This document shows, piece by piece, positions 1 to 10,953 of a stretch of DNA of 64,000 nucleotides; within the stretch, counting starts at the first letter, position 1, and the number at the start of each line of letters is the position of its first letter. The stretch lies in assembly GCA_021201535.1 (NCBI GenBank), contig JAJQEU010000109.1:1998-65997 (forward strand), read 5' to 3'. The notes under the pieces were generated by a model. That model did no database searches. It worked only from the letters and a program-made list of their open reading frames with translations, and was not told the DNA's origin. A program made the translations under genes and the position numbers. The DNA is from Clostridiales bacterium. Lineage in GTDB: Bacteria; Bacillota; Clostridia; Lachnospirales; Lachnospiraceae.

Positions 1-1
1 A

Positions 2-400
2 TACATGGATGGAAATCTCACCTGTCTTTGTCTTAAAGACCTCACCCCGGATGCCGATGATGTCGCCGATGTCATATTTTTTAAAATCCTTATACGGATC
101 TTCCCCGATACTGTCTCTGGCGACATATGCCTGAATGCCGCCCTGCAGATCCTGCACATTGCAAAAAGAAGCCTTTCCCATCACACGCTTGAACATCATA
201 CGCCCGGCAACGGAAACCTCTCTGCCCTCCAGCTCGTCATAATGTGCCTTAATCTCTGCACTGTGATGTGTCACATCATATTTTGTGATCTGAAACGGAT
301 CCTTTCCCGCATCCTGCAAAGCCTTCAGCTTCTCACGGCGATTCCTCAAAATCTGGTTCAGATCCTGTCCCGGCGCATTTTCCTTCTTCTGTTCACCCAT
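2..400 (-). CDS. lysS: Lysyl-tRNA synthetase, N-terminal part (runs off the left edge)
   Basis: Manual minus-strand translation from the ATG at 400 (GAGGAG RBS upstream): MGEQKK...GRMMFKRVMGKASFCNVQD...DIGDIIGIRGEVFKTKTGEISIH. This is the class II LysRS anticodon-binding OB fold, and it follows greA as in typical Firmicutes order. Confidence 0.95.
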   Translation of the reverse strand, partial: MGEQKKENAPGQDLNQILRNRREKLKALQDAGKDPFQITKYDVTHHSAEIKAHYDELEGREVSVAGRMMFKRVMGKASFCNVQDLQGGIQAYVARDSIGEDPYKDFKKYDIGDIIGIRGEVFKTKTGEISIHV

Positions 401-482
401 CTTCTCTCCTCAACTTTCCCGAGCACATGATTGCTTTCCATACTCATTCACCGGCATATCCTGCATCCGGCTCAGTAACTTG

Positions 483-962
483 TCAGTTTGATCTCTGAAT
501 CTCCAGCACCTTATAGGTCAGCACGCCGGCCTGTGTCTCCACCTCAACAGTTTCTCCCACCTTCGCGCCGAGAAGCGCTTTTCCTACCGGCGACTCATTC
601 GAAATCATTCCCTTTAAGCTGTTCGCCTCGGTGGAACCGACGATCTTATATTCCAGTTCTTCGTCAAACTCACAGTCCATAATCCGAACCTGACATCCGA
701 CGCCGATGGCGTCAAGATCGACCTCCTCTTCCACAACAACCTCGGCATTCTTCAGAATTTTCTCAATTTCCTCAATTCGTGCCTCGATATCACGCTGCTC
801 GTCCTTCGCCGCGTCGTATTCTGCGTTTTCGGACAGATCCCCCTGCTCTCTGGCTTCTTTGATCTTCTGAGCAACCTCCTTGCGCCGAACCACTTTTAAG
901 TCCTGTAATTCTGTCTCCAGCTTCTGTAATCCCTGATATGTCAAAAGATTTTTTTTGCTCAT
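483..962 (-). CDS. greA: Transcription elongation factor GreA
   Basis: GDLSENAEYDAAK and ISNESPVGKALLG motifs. Confidence 0.97.
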   Translation of the reverse strand: MSKKNLLTYQGLQKLETELQDLKVVRRKEVAQKIKEAREQGDLSENAEYDAAKDEQRDIEARIEEIEKILKNAEVVVEEEVDLDAIGVGCQVRIMDCEFDEELEYKIVGSTEANSLKGMISNESPVGKALLGAKVGETVEVETQAGVLTYKVLEIQRSN

Positions 963-1666
963 TTATCTGCTCCTCCTGTCGATACACGTAAGGCTTCAGC
1001 CTTGACAATTACCCTATTATAGCCAATCGGAACATTGATGTCAAGAATATATGTCCCCGACTTTTCATCCTGTTTTTCATCTGACTGCGCGTACCACTTC
1101 TGTTTCTGAAACGGCAGATAGATCACATCTTCCGTGAAACGGTCCATCCACATCGGTTGATTGCGCTCAAAGTCCAGAACCATGTTCCCATAAAACGGAC
1201 ATTCCCGCGATTTCCCGATGATGCGTACGATCAGACCGTACTCCTCCTCCATGCAATTTTTCCAATCTGCAAAATAGTCCGGTCGATCCGTACAGATTTC
1301 CAGAAAATTCAGCCCCTGTTCCAGCTGTAAGAGGACCTGATCTACATCATCATCCTCCCCGAAAACCTGACCAGGGCTGTCCGTGTCGATCAAAATCGGA
1401 CAGAACGTACGATAATCCAGACCTCTCTGTTTCAAAACCTGCTCGATGACGCTCCTGCTGTACAATAGATAAGGGTTTTCCCACAGGCTTTCTTCCGACG
1501 GCCGGGAAATATCTGACGTTCTGCTTTTTCTGAAATGATCCGTCCAATATACATGCCACGCCGCAATCACCCTCCTGATGGCAGGGAAAATTTTCTCACG
1601 GAATGCAGCCGCCCCTTTTTTCTCCCATCTGTCCGTTTGCTTTTCTGATTGACACATCTCTGCCAC
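959..1666 (-). CDS. Hypothetical protein (start uncertain)
   Basis: 235-aa ORF whose stop overlaps the greA start (ATGA); no motif recognised. Confidence 0.6.
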   Translation of the reverse strand: MAEMCQSEKQTDRWEKKGAAAFREKIFPAIRRVIAAWHVYWTDHFRKSRTSDISRPSEESLWENPYLLYSRSVIEQVLKQRGLDYRTFCPILIDTDSPGQVFGEDDDVDQVLLQLEQGLNFLEICTDRPDYFADWKNCMEEEYGLIVRIIGKSRECPFYGNMVLDFERNQPMWMDRFTEDVIYLPFQKQKWYAQSDEKQDEKSGTYILDINVPIGYNRVIVKAEALRVSTGGADK

Positions 1667-1735
1667 ACTGTAAGTACAGTAACGCTTTCATTGTAAGATA
1701 TGCGGAATAAAAATAACTATTCAAAACTGTTTTTA

Positions 1736-1924
1736 CTATGAAAGTGTCGTGAATAGACAGTCAGATGGGGTGCTTGCACACCCAGATGACTGGATATTCG
1801 ACGACCAAGACGGTACGAGCAAGTAGCGCGATAGCGCGGATTGCGAGTACCGGCGGCGATTGCGGGAGTGCGAAGCACGGAGCAATCGACTTTCATAGAA
1901 GTTGGCGCGCTGCGACAGCAGCGC
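1736..1924. repeat. Structured intergenic element: 10-bp closing inverted repeat with nested hairpins (MITE/bcr1-like or ncRNA)
   Basis: CTATGAAAGT (1736-1745) pairs with ACTTTCATAG (1889-1898). Internal stems are CAGTCA/TGACTG, GGTAC/GTACC and CGATTGC/GCAATCG, with GCGC-GATA-GCGC and GTGC-GAA-GCAC mini-hairpins. An extra hairpin lies at 1907-1924. Confidence 0.6.
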
Positions 1925-1961
1925 ATGAGTGTTTACTTTGACACTTTACCCTACAGGTGAT

Positions 1962-2933
1962 TCAGCTCGTCGCCGTAAACTCCTGAAACAGCTTTTCCAG
2001 ATCCTCATAATTTTCTGCCTCGTTAATCTTTCCGCGCAATCTGGAAGAGTTCCTGTATCCGGCTGTGTACCATGCTGCATGTTTTCGAATTTCACGAATT
2101 CCGATGTACTCTCCCTTCACTTCCAGTTGAAGCCGGGCATGACGCAATACCATCTGCGCCACTTCCTCCGCGGACGGTTTCGGCAGATCTTTTCCTGTCT
2201 CCAGTCTGTACAGAATCTGGCGAAATATCCACGGATTCCCCTGTGCACCCCTGCCGATCATAAATCCGTCACAACCGGTCTGTTCCCGCATCCGCAAAAC
2301 ATCCTCCGCGGAGCGAATATCCCCATTCCCGATCACCGGTATGGAAACCGCTTCCTTCACCTGACGGATGATATCCCAGTCCGCCTTCCCGGAATAATAC
2401 TGCTGCCTGGTCCTGCCATGTACTGCAACTGCAGCCACGCCGCAGTTCTCGGCAATCTTCGCGATCTCCACCGCGTTTATATGATCCTCGTCGAATCCGC
2501 TGCGGATTTTGATTGTCACAGGCTTTTTCACCGCTCGCACCAGTTTATTTAAAATCTTTTCTGCCAGTCGGGAATCTGTCATTAACGCCGATCCCTCACC
2601 GTTATTCACCACCTTCGGCACCGGACAGCCCATATTGAAATCGAGAATTGCAAACGGCCGTTCCTCGATTTTCGCCGCCATATCCGCCAGAATGTCCGGA
2701 TCAGAACCAAACAACTGCAGAGAGACGGGCTGTTCCTCCGGATGGATTTCCAACAGTCTGTCTGTATGTTTGTTTCCATAAAAAATCGCCTTTGCACTGA
2801 CCATCTCCATGCAGAGCAGCCCTGCGCCCTGTTCCCTGCACAACAAACGAAATGGCAGGTCTGTGACTCCTGCCATGGGTGCTAATATCAGATTGTTCTC
2901 TAAAACTACGTTTCCGATTGTCAAGGTTTCCAT
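1962..2933 (-). CDS. dusB: tRNA-dihydrouridine synthase B
   Basis: LAPMAGVTD, NMGCP, GSALM, HGRT, GNGDI and IGRGA motifs. Confidence 0.95.
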   Translation of the reverse strand: METLTIGNVVLENNLILAPMAGVTDLPFRLLCREQGAGLLCMEMVSAKAIFYGNKHTDRLLEIHPEEQPVSLQLFGSDPDILADMAAKIEERPFAILDFNMGCPVPKVVNNGEGSALMTDSRLAEKILNKLVRAVKKPVTIKIRSGFDEDHINAVEIAKIAENCGVAAVAVHGRTRQQYYSGKADWDIIRQVKEAVSIPVIGNGDIRSAEDVLRMREQTGCDGFMIGRGAQGNPWIFRQILYRLETGKDLPKPSAEEVAQMVLRHARLQLEVKGEYIGIREIRKHAAWYTAGYRNSSRLRGKINEAENYEDLEKLFQEFTATS

Positions 2934-3043
2934 CTGTTTTCTGTCTCTTATTTCTGTTCTTATTTTTTGAATTTATTCTCTTTTGATTCTCAAAACAGGT
3001 TCACCCTGTCATCAGGGCAGAACATCGTCTGTTTTCTTCCCGC

Positions 3044-3820
3044 TTATCTCTTCTGCTTCTCAAAAATCAGACGCATCCCCTGCAGCGTCAGCATCGGGTC
3101 ATACACATCGATCAGATCTGTCTCCTTTTCGATCAGCCTGCCGAGTCCTCCGGTGGCAACCACCTTCACGTCATCTCTGCCGAATTCCTTTTTCATCTGT
3201 CGGATGATATACTCTGTCTGACCGATCTGTCCGTAAACAAGACCCGCCTGCATACAGACGATCGTATCCTGCGCAAGAATCGTCTGCGGCTTCCTGATCT
3301 CAAACTCGGGGAGCTTCGCCGCCATGCTCCACATCGACTGCGCCGAAGTACGGATACCGGGCGCGATGACACAGGCTGTAAATGTCCCGTCCTCATCCAC
3401 CAGATCGAATGTAGTCGCCGTCCCGTAATCCACCACGATCGCCGGCCCTCCGTACAGTTCATACACCGCTGCGGCATCCACGATCCGATCTGCTCCCACC
3501 TGGCGGGGATTGCGTCCGGCAACACGGATGCCTGTCCGGATCCCGGCCTCAATAATGATCGGCTTTGCATGTACATATTTCAAAATGGCATTTGTCAGAG
3601 AATGCATCACATTCGGCACCACCGAAGCAACGATCACATCCGTGATTGCAGAGACATTGACCTCATTATGCTCTAACAATTCACACATGACCATACCGTA
3701 TTCATCCGAAGTCCGGGTCTGGATCGTCGTCATGCGGAATGTTGTTATTAACTTTTTCCCCTGAAAAACACCCAGCGTGATATTTGTATTTCCGATATCG
3801 ACTGTCAGCAGCATTCTCAC
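3044..3820 (-). CDS. coaX: Type III pantothenate kinase
   Basis: VDIGNTN, VGADR and VVDYGTATTFD motifs. Confidence 0.95.
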   Translation of the reverse strand: MRMLLTVDIGNTNITLGVFQGKKLITTFRMTTIQTRTSDEYGMVMCELLEHNEVNVSAITDVIVASVVPNVMHSLTNAILKYVHAKPIIIEAGIRTGIRVAGRNPRQVGADRIVDAAAVYELYGGPAIVVDYGTATTFDLVDEDGTFTACVIAPGIRTSAQSMWSMAAKLPEFEIRKPQTILAQDTIVCMQAGLVYGQIGQTEYIIRQMKKEFGRDDVKVVATGGLGRLIEKETDLIDVYDPMLTLQGMRLIFEKQKR

Positions 3821-4155
3821 TCATCCTCCTCCGGTTCTCCCAGAAACACCACGCTGTAATAAAGCTCCAGGGACTCCAGCAGTTCGGCCTGCCGATCCTG
3901 TATCTGCCTGATTTTCAGAATACTGCCGATCTCATCGTACAGAAGATCTCCCTCGTTTGACGATGTCTCCAGCTGCAGGCTGCCGTCCGCGTCAAACTTC
4001 ATCACCAGTATGCCTCCGACATCCTCCGTATACAGCACGCAAAGAATTTTCAACTCCTCCCGTACCTGTTCCGGAAGCCCGTCAAACTCCGGATTAAGAT
4101 AAAATTGTTTCGTGTATGCGCTGGATGCGCAGAGCACTATTTCTTCATCGTACAT
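3817..4155 (-). CDS. Conserved Lachnospiraceae hypothetical protein (DUF6145-like)
   Basis: LCASSAYTKQFYLNPEF...LYDEIGS pattern; stop overlaps the coaX start. Confidence 0.7.
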   Translation of the reverse strand: MYDEEIVLCASSAYTKQFYLNPEFDGLPEQVREELKILCVLYTEDVGGILVMKFDADGSLQLETSSNEGDLLYDEIGSILKIRQIQDRQAELLESLELYYSVVFLGEPEEDE

Positions 4156-4173
4156 GACTTCCGTCCCCTTGTA

Positions 4174-5151
4174 TCATACATATCCGTACACGCCGCGAAC
4201 GGAAACCTCCCCGGCGGAAACACGTCTCAATCCACTCTCCGTTTCCACGAGCAGTTCGCCCTCCGCATTGATTCCCTTCGCAATACCGGTATAATTCTTT
4301 TTAAAATCCAGTACACGAACCTGTCTGCCGCAGTTCACGAGACAGGCATTGTACTCTTCCAGCAGAGCGCTCAGATCATGCGTCTCCAGAAACCGCGCGT
4401 AATATCTCTCAAACTGTCTCATACACTGTGCAGCCAGTCCGGCCCGACAGACATGGATGCCGGTCTCCAGAAAAACAGATGTCGCCGTCTGCCGTACCTC
4501 CTCCGGAAACTCCTGATTATGAACATTGATGCCCACGCCGATCACGATATGATTGACATAGTCGACCTGGGCACTCATCTCCGTCAGGATACCGCAGATT
4601 TTCCTGCCGGAACAAATGATATCGTTCGGCCATTTTATCTGAACCCCCGATACGCCGCTCATCTCCAGGGCGTCACGGACAGCCATCCCCATCACAAGGG
4701 TCAGCATAGACGCATTTGATGGCTCCAGATCCGGCTTCAGAAGCAGGGACATAAAAATCCCCTCTCCCTTTTTCGAATCCCAGGCTCTGCCGCGCCGCCC
4801 TCTGCCGGCGGTCTGCTGCTCACCGATCACAAGCAGACCCTGGCCGGCTCCCGACTCTGCCTGGCGCTTCGCTTCGTTATTGGTGGAATCCACAGAATCA
4901 TACACCAGAACCGGATGTCCGGCCCACACAGTGTCAAGATATTCGCAGACACGCTCCGCTGTCAGAAAATCCGGTTCTGAACAAAGACGATACCCTCTGT
5001 TGCGCACCGCCTCGATCTCATAGCCCATCTCCTCCAGCTGGCGAATCGCCTTCCAGACGCTTGTCCGGGTCACGCCGAACTTTTCACTGATCTCCTGTCC
5101 GGATAGAAATCCGTCTGCCTCCTGCAGGAGCCGCAAAATTTCTTCTCTCAT
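4174..5151 (-). CDS. birA: Bifunctional biotin repressor / biotin-protein ligase
   Basis: N-terminal HTH (SGQEISEKFGVTRTSVWK), QTAGRGRRGR, KWPND and KICGIL; start placed at MREEIL (5151). Confidence 0.95.
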   Translation of the reverse strand: MREEILRLLQEADGFLSGQEISEKFGVTRTSVWKAIRQLEEMGYEIEAVRNRGYRLCSEPDFLTAERVCEYLDTVWAGHPVLVYDSVDSTNNEAKRQAESGAGQGLLVIGEQQTAGRGRRGRAWDSKKGEGIFMSLLLKPDLEPSNASMLTLVMGMAVRDALEMSGVSGVQIKWPNDIICSGRKICGILTEMSAQVDYVNHIVIGVGINVHNQEFPEEVRQTATSVFLETGIHVCRAGLAAQCMRQFERYYARFLETHDLSALLEEYNACLVNCGRQVRVLDFKKNYTGIAKGINAEGELLVETESGLRRVSAGEVSVRGVYGYV

Positions 5152-5282
5152 AAATGAACCACCTGAGTCTTTCACCACTGATCTGTTCTTCCGAAAAACA
5201 CCCGACACTCACCCGGCACTGCGAAGAGTTTTTAAGGCTGTGCTCTGCGTATCGGACAGCGATTTTAAACAGACCTTTCCCC

Positions 5283-5309
5283 GTAACTGTGAAGGTACTG
5301 TACCGTTAC
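5283..5309 (+). repeat. 27-bp REP-like repeat, copy 1
   Basis: GTAACTGTGAAGGTACTGTACCGTTAC; related copies at 13498, 16902 and 22630. Confidence 0.75.
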
Positions 5310-5316
5310 GTACATC

Positions 5317-6318
5317 TTATATTGCGGCAGTTCCGAGCGTCGCCAGCATCACGGCCTTGATCGTATGCATCCGATTCTCTGCCTCATCAAACACAATCGA
5401 CTGCGGGCTTTCAAACACCTCATCGGTCACTTCCATCTCATCCAGTCCGTATTTCTTATGTATCTGCTCCCCGATGGTAGTCTTCAAATCATGGAAAGCC
5501 GGAAGACAGTGCATAAACCGGCACTGCGGACCCGCATTCTTCATCAGCGATGCATTCACCTGATACGGCGTCAGATCCCGGATCCGTTCCTCCCATACCT
5601 CGTCCGGCTCGCCCATGGAAACCCAGACATCGGTGTAGATAATATCCGCGTCCTTCGACCCGGCGTCAGCGTCCCCTGTCAGCTCGATCGTCGCACCGGT
5701 CTGTGCCGCGATCTGCCGGCAGGTATCCACGAGCTGTGAATCCGGGAAATACTTTTTATTCGTGCAGGCGACAAAATGCATACCCAGTTTTGCGCTGAGT
5801 ACCATCAGGGAATTGCCCATATTATAACGGGCGTCGCCGACATAGACCAGTTTGATTCCCTTCAGACAGCCGAAATGTTCCCTGATTGTCAGTGCATCAG
5901 CCAGCACCTGCGTCGGATGAAACTCATTCGTCAGACCATTCCAGACCGGAACCCCGGCATATTTCGCGATCTCCTCCACGATATTCTGACCGAAACCGCG
6001 ATACTCAATTCCGTCATAAATGCGTCCCAGAACGCGCGCCGTATCCGCGATGCTCTCCTTCTTACCGATCTGGGAAGCGGAAGGATCCAGAAACGTGGCG
6101 TGCATCCCCAGATCAAATGCCGCCACTTCAAAAGAGCAGCGCGTCCGCGTACTCGTCTTTTCAAAAATCAGCGCCACATTTTTTCCGCGAAGCGTATCAT
6201 GCATGACGCCCTGTTTTTTCTTCTCTTTCAGATCCGCTGCCAGATCAATCAGGTATGTGATTTCCTCCGAAGTAAAATCCAGCAGCTTTAAAAAATTCTT
6301 TCCCTGTAAACTTACCAT
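5317..6318 (-). CDS. argF: Ornithine carbamoyltransferase
   Basis: [21 protein letters not shown] and HCLPA motifs. Confidence 0.97.
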   Translation of the reverse strand: MVSLQGKNFLKLLDFTSEEITYLIDLAADLKEKKKQGVMHDTLRGKNVALIFEKTSTRTRCSFEVAAFDLGMHATFLDPSASQIGKKESIADTARVLGRIYDGIEYRGFGQNIVEEIAKYAGVPVWNGLTNEFHPTQVLADALTIREHFGCLKGIKLVYVGDARYNMGNSLMVLSAKLGMHFVACTNKKYFPDSQLVDTCRQIAAQTGATIELTGDADAGSKDADIIYTDVWVSMGEPDEVWEERIRDLTPYQVNASLMKNAGPQCRFMHCLPAFHDLKTTIGEQIHKKYGLDEMEVTDEVFESPQSIVFDEAENRMHTIKAVMLATLGTAAI

Positions 6319-6402
6319 ATCTGCACTCCTTATATACTTTTCCTTGTGTAACTACGTCACCATACGTATTTCTCATCAGGTGCAAAGTACTGTCCTGAAC
6401 AG

Positions 6403-7338
6403 TTATCTTTTATCTTCCTTCAGATCCGTCGCCACTTCCACAATTGATTTTGACAGACCCGCGATCCCCTGAATCTCAGAAGGGATGATAATCTTGGTCG
6501 CCTTTCCGTCCGCCGCCTTCGCAAAGGCTTCCAGACTTTTAATCTGGAGAACCGCCGCATCCGGTTCTGCCTCCTTCAGGAAACGAAGGCCGTCCGCATT
6601 TGCCTGCTGAATCTTTAAGATCGCTTCGGCCTGACCCTGCGCCTCCTGTACGGTCGCTTCACGCTTTGCCTGTGCGCGAAGGATGGCTGCCTGTTTCTCT
6701 GCCTCAGCATCAAGGATAGCGGATTCCTTCTTACCCTCGGCTACGAGAATCGTCGATTTCTTCTCGCCCTCCGCACGGAGAATCGCTTCTCGCCGCTCGC
6801 GTTCCGCCTTCATCTGCTTCTCCATGGCATCCTGAATCGCCTGCGGAGGGATGATATTTTTCAACTCGACACGGTTCACTTTGATCCCCCATGGGTCCGT
6901 CGCGATATCCAGAGACGCCCGCATCTTGGTGTTGATCGTCTCACGGGAGGTCAGTGTCTCATCCAGTTCCAGATCACCGATGATGTTCCTCAGTGTCGTC
7001 GCCGTCAGGTTCTCGATCGCCATGATCGGATTCTCCACGCCGTAAGCAAACAGCTTCGGATCCGTGATCTGAAAAAAGACGACCGTGTCAATCCGCATGG
7101 TGACATTATCCTTCGTGATGACCGGCTGCGGCGCAAAATCAACGACCTGTTCCTTTAAAAGCACCCGTTTTGCAATGCGGTCGATAAACGGCACTTTCGC
7201 ATGAAGTCCTACCTCCCAGGTACCCTGATAAGCGCCCAGACGTTCCACGACGTAGGCATTCGCCTGCGGGACGATCTTGATGCAGGAGGCCAGAATAATC
7301 ACAATAATAATGACAATCACAATAATTGCTATAAACAT
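6403..7338 (-). CDS. SPFH/band 7 (QmcA-like) membrane protein
   Basis: N-terminal TM, VVERLG, QPVITKDNV and KQMKAERERR coiled coil. Confidence 0.92.
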   Translation of the reverse strand: MFIAIIVIVIIIVIILASCIKIVPQANAYVVERLGAYQGTWEVGLHAKVPFIDRIAKRVLLKEQVVDFAPQPVITKDNVTMRIDTVVFFQITDPKLFAYGVENPIMAIENLTATTLRNIIGDLELDETLTSRETINTKMRASLDIATDPWGIKVNRVELKNIIPPQAIQDAMEKQMKAERERREAILRAEGEKKSTILVAEGKKESAILDAEAEKQAAILRAQAKREATVQEAQGQAEAILKIQQANADGLRFLKEAEPDAAVLQIKSLEAFAKAADGKATKIIIPSEIQGIAGLSKSIVEVATDLKEDKR

Positions 7339-7408
7339 ATAATTCCCCTTTCGTTTTTATGACGTTACTGCCGATACGGCAGCCGCAGATCCGTTCCCGT
7401 CATCTCGC

Positions 7409-7864
7409 TCATACGTCCGCCTTTTCCACGATCAGCTTCACACCGCTGATCTCCTGAACCCTGACCGATGTATTCACGGGAATGCATTCTGTCTCCCTGA
7501 CACTCCGGGCAGACCATTCCTGTCCCCGGATCAACACTCTCCCCTTTGCGTGTACATTATCAATCTCCTCAATAACAACAGCGGACTGACCGATCAGGCT
7601 CTGCGCATTCGTCTTCTCTCTTTCATGATTGAAATGCTTCCTCGCCCACGGTCTTACAAGAAGCAGCAGAACAAAAGACACGATCAGAAATACCACAATC
7701 TGTACCTGAACCGGAGTATCCGGCAGACTCACAAACAGCGCCGCCAGAGCGCCGCCGGCAAACCAGATGGATGTCAGGCCCATAGAAACCAGCTCTACAA
7801 CCACCATCACAATAAAAACCAACAGCCATAACATCTGCGGCTGCTCCAGAAAGCTCATGCCCAT
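7409..7864 (-). CDS. NfeD family protein
   Basis: Hydrophobic N-terminus, C-terminal OB fold (LIGQ...GRVLIRGQEWSARS...GVKLIV), adjacent to the SPFH gene; start chosen from the AGGAG RBS. Confidence 0.88.
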   Translation of the reverse strand: MGMSFLEQPQMLWLLVFIVMVVVELVSMGLTSIWFAGGALAALFVSLPDTPVQVQIVVFLIVSFVLLLLVRPWARKHFNHEREKTNAQSLIGQSAVVIEEIDNVHAKGRVLIRGQEWSARSVRETECIPVNTSVRVQEISGVKLIVEKADV

Positions 7865-7976
7865 GCCCAGACTCCTCTTTTTGTATCTCACTCCATTTCA
7901 TGGTTTTCACGAATACGTCTTCAATATACTATATCTTATCCATTTTTACAATAAAAAAACGCTTGTACGCGGGAAG

Positions 7977-8020
7977 AAAAAAGACCGGAATCCGATTTTT
8001 CCTCGGATTCCGGTCTTTTT
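7977..8020. terminator. Intrinsic terminator of the SH3/hydrolase gene
   Basis: AAAAAAGACCGGAATCCGA-loop-TCGGATTCCGGTCTTTTT. Confidence 0.85.
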
Positions 8021-8055
8021 GACACATCCATCAACTCTTCAAAAGAATCTGTTTT

Positions 8056-9321
8056 TTAGTAAAACACCTGATTCCCGATCACGGTACCATTTCCGGATCC
8101 CACATGGAAATATTTGGCTCCGCCGGTATTATCCGCTCCGCCGATGGCTGCCTGCGCCGCCTGATAACAGCTGGATGAAATGCTTCCGCTGCTCAGCACA
8201 CGGGACAGCTTTCCGCTGGACGCCGGCGCAAACTGACCGCTCTGGTAAATCACACCGAAAATACTGTTCGGGAAAGAACCGCTTTTCACCCGGTTCATAA
8301 CAACCGCGCCGACCGCCAGCTGACCGTCATAACTCTCTCCTCCGGCCTCACACTGAATGAGAGCCGCCAGAAGCGTGACATCATCCGCGGATGCACTCAC
8401 GGCTGTACCGGTGCTCGTCGTCACGGTTTCGGCAGATGCCTGTTGCTCTGCCGCCGCCTGTTCTGCAGCAGCCTGAGCCGCTGCTGCCTGTTGAGCATAA
8501 ATCTCTTCCATACTGAGCGCCTCGCCTGTCTGGAGCTCCACTTCCACATAATCAGCAGAAATATAGGCAACTATATTCCCATACTCTACCGCAACCCAGC
8601 CGTTATTCTGCGCGTCTTCCCCGGAATCCGCGCCGGAAGAGATGCCATCCGTCACATCCGCTTCCCCGGCTGCCGCGCTCTGCGCCTCATCCTCTGCCGC
8701 GGAATCTGTTTCCTCTTCGGATTTCCATACGGTCAGCGCGTCGCCCGCATCCAGCACCTCACAGATCGAGGACTCCACATTTGCCTCGCTCCGCAGACGG
8801 ACACCGTCCGCAGTCACTGTCGCCACCGTATCGCAGATCTTTTCCGCCTGTGCCTCAGCTTCCTCTGCGAATACACAATATTCATTTTTTACATATCCCT
8901 CGACTTCTCCGGATACGATCAGGGACCATTCTTCACCCCTCTCGATCACCTCCGCGGCGGAACCCCTGTACATCTTTCCCACTACGTCGGCGTTCGTATC
9001 GGCCGCCGCGCGGATATTCAGACTGGAGTCCTCCTCCACAACAACAAGTAATTTATTTTCCCACTCGGAAGGTTCTTCCTCCGATACGTCCTCCGCGGAT
9101 GACTCCTCCGCGGCAGCCGCTTTAGCAGCTGCGTCTTCCTCACTTTTCTCCTGTAAATCCTGCATAAGCTCACTGCTTCCGCTGTTGTCCTGCTCTGCTT
9201 CGGCATTCCATGTTCCGGAAACAATTTCTGCGGCACTGACAGAAACGGCCGATGGAACGGATACTACTGCGAATGAAGCTGCGATAATGCCGCATTCCAA
9301 AACCAATTTTCTGAATTTCAT
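8056..9321 (-). CDS. Secreted SH3b-domain cell wall hydrolase (SleB/Hydrolase_2 C-terminus)
   Basis: Signal peptide, two SH3b-like segments (SLNIRAAA, GVRLRSEA) and a C-terminal IQCEAGGE...VGAVVMNRV...VIYQSGQF; GGAGG RBS before the ATG at 9321. Confidence 0.88.
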   Translation of the reverse strand: MKFRKLVLECGIIAASFAVVSVPSAVSVSAAEIVSGTWNAEAEQDNSGSSELMQDLQEKSEEDAAAKAAAAEESSAEDVSEEEPSEWENKLLVVVEEDSSLNIRAAADTNADVVGKMYRGSAAEVIERGEEWSLIVSGEVEGYVKNEYCVFAEEAEAQAEKICDTVATVTADGVRLRSEANVESSICEVLDAGDALTVWKSEEETDSAAEDEAQSAAAGEADVTDGISSGADSGEDAQNNGWVAVEYGNIVAYISADYVEVELQTGEALSMEEIYAQQAAAAQAAAEQAAAEQQASAETVTTSTGTAVSASADDVTLLAALIQCEAGGESYDGQLAVGAVVMNRVKSGSFPNSIFGVIYQSGQFAPASSGKLSRVLSSGSISSSCYQAAQAAIGGADNTGGAKYFHVGSGNGTVIGNQVFY

Positions 9322-9544
9322 TTGACCTCCTGTGCGATCCGCATGAAGCGAACCTCTGTTATATTTCATTTTGTCCCAAATCTGTAAAATGATTACATTT
9401 ATACAATATATTGTTCATTTTTGTTAAAAATATTACAGATTTGTTACAAAACTTTTCAAGGATTATAACAGTGCATTTCAGGTATGTCAAGAGTTTTTTC
9501 TGCAAAATGGGGATTCATCCCTAAAATCCGCCTGTTTTTGACAG

Positions 9545-9582
9545 AAAAATGGGGCGAATTCCATGAATTCACCCCATTTTTT
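9545..9582 (-). terminator. Intrinsic terminator after pgi
   Basis: AAAAATGGGGCGAATTC-CAT-GAATTCACCCCATTTTT hairpin. Confidence 0.75.
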
Positions 9583-9606
9583 GCCTTCATCATGCCTTCT
9601 GAATTT

Positions 9607-10953
9607 TTACAGACGTTTTAACAATTCTGCTCGCATATCCTCGTAACCGGGTTTGCCGAGCAAGGCAAACATATTCTTTTTGTAGCTCTCCACGCCGGGC
9701 TGATTGAACGGATTCACCCCAAGCAGATATCCGCTGACACCCACCGCAAACTCAAAGAAGTAGAACAGCTGTCCCAGGGAATATTCATCCTGCGAGGGAA
9801 TCTTTACCAGCAGATTCGGCACACTGCCGTCTGTATGTGCCATAATCGTTCCGTTCATCGCGCAGTCATTGACAAAATTCATGTCCTTCCCCGCCAGATA
9901 ATTCAGTCCATCCAGATCCGCCGGCTCCTCCCGAATCACAGGTGCGTCCGCGGGAGACTTGATCTTCATCACGGTCTCATACATGATCCGCGCGCCGTCC
10001 TGGATAAACTGACCCATGGAATGCAGGTCAGTCGTCAGATCAACGGACGCCGGGAAAATACCCTTCTGATCCTTGCCCTCGCTCTCTCCGTAAAGCTGCT
10101 TCCACCACTCGCTGATATAGTGCAGGGTCGATTCATAGTTCGCCAGCACCTCCACGCTCTTTCCCTTGCGAAGCAGAATGTTGCGGATCGCCGCATACTG
10201 CATCGCGTCATTCTCCTCAAATGGAGTCTCCAGGGCAAGACTTCTGCCGGCCGCGGCTCCGGCCATCAGCTGATCAATGTCCGCTCCGCTGACTGCGATG
10301 GGAAGCAGGCCGACCGCCGTCAGCACGGAAAACCGTCCGCCGATGTCATCCGGTACCACAAAAGTCTCATATCCCTCCTCTGTGGCAAGACCCTTCAGCG
10401 CACCTCTCGCCTGATCCGTGGTCGCGTAGATGCGTTTCGCAGCACCTGCTTTTCCGTATTTCTTTTCCAGAAGCTCCTTGAAAATCCGGAAAGCTATGGC
10501 CGGTTCCGTCGTCGTACCGGACTTGGAGATCACATTCACCGAGAAATCACGGTCTCCGATCACATCCAGAATACCCTTCAGATAAGAACCGCTGATATTA
10601 TTCCCCGCATAATAAATCTCCGGCGTCCCGCGGAGCTCCTTTGAGATGTTGTTGTAAAAACCATGGCGGAGAAACTCAATCGCAGCCCGCGCACCCAGAT
10701 AAGAACCGCCGATACCGATGACGACCAGGACATCCGAGTCGCTCTGAATCTGCGCCGCTGCCTGTTTGATGCGGGCGAACTCCTCCTTATCATAATCAAC
10801 CGGAAGATCAATCCATCCGACAAAATCATTCCCCGCTCCGGATTTTGAAACCAGCACATCCTTCGCGTCCTGTGCCAGTCTGCTCATGTACCCCACTTCC
10901 TCCTCACTGATAAAGGAAGCCGCCTTGCTGTAATCAAATGTAATTTTTCCCAT
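9607..10953 (-). CDS. pgi: Glucose-6-phosphate isomerase
   Basis: [31 protein letters not shown] and NPFNQPGVE; start at MGKITFD. Confidence 0.97.
   Translation of the reverse strand: MGKITFDYSKAASFISEEEVGYMSRLAQDAKDVLVSKSGAGNDFVGWIDLPVDYDKEEFARIKQAAAQIQSDSDVLVVIGIGGSYLGARAAIEFLRHGFYNNISKELRGTPEIYYAGNNISGSYLKGILDVIGDRDFSVNVISKSGTTTEPAIAFRIFKELLEKKYGKAGAAKRIYATTDQARGALKGLATEEGYETFVVPDDIGGRFSVLTAVGLLPIAVSGADIDQLMAGAAAGRSLALETPFEENDAMQYAAIRNILLRKGKSVEVLANYESTLHYISEWWKQLYGESEGKDQKGIFPASVDLTTDLHSMGQFIQDGARIMYETVMKIKSPADAPVIREEPADLDGLNYLAGKDMNFVNDCAMNGTIMAHTDGSVPNLLVKIPSQDEYSLGQLFYFFEFAVGVSGYLLGVNPFNQPGVESYKKNMFALLGKPGYEDMRAELLKRL

Noticed and set aside
5-430. 141-aa plus-strand ORF
   Set aside because: Antisense shadow of lysS, which reads cleanly on the minus strand from 400.
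1717-1926. 69-aa minus-strand ORF over the structured element
   Set aside because: No RBS or protein-like composition; explained by the hairpin element.
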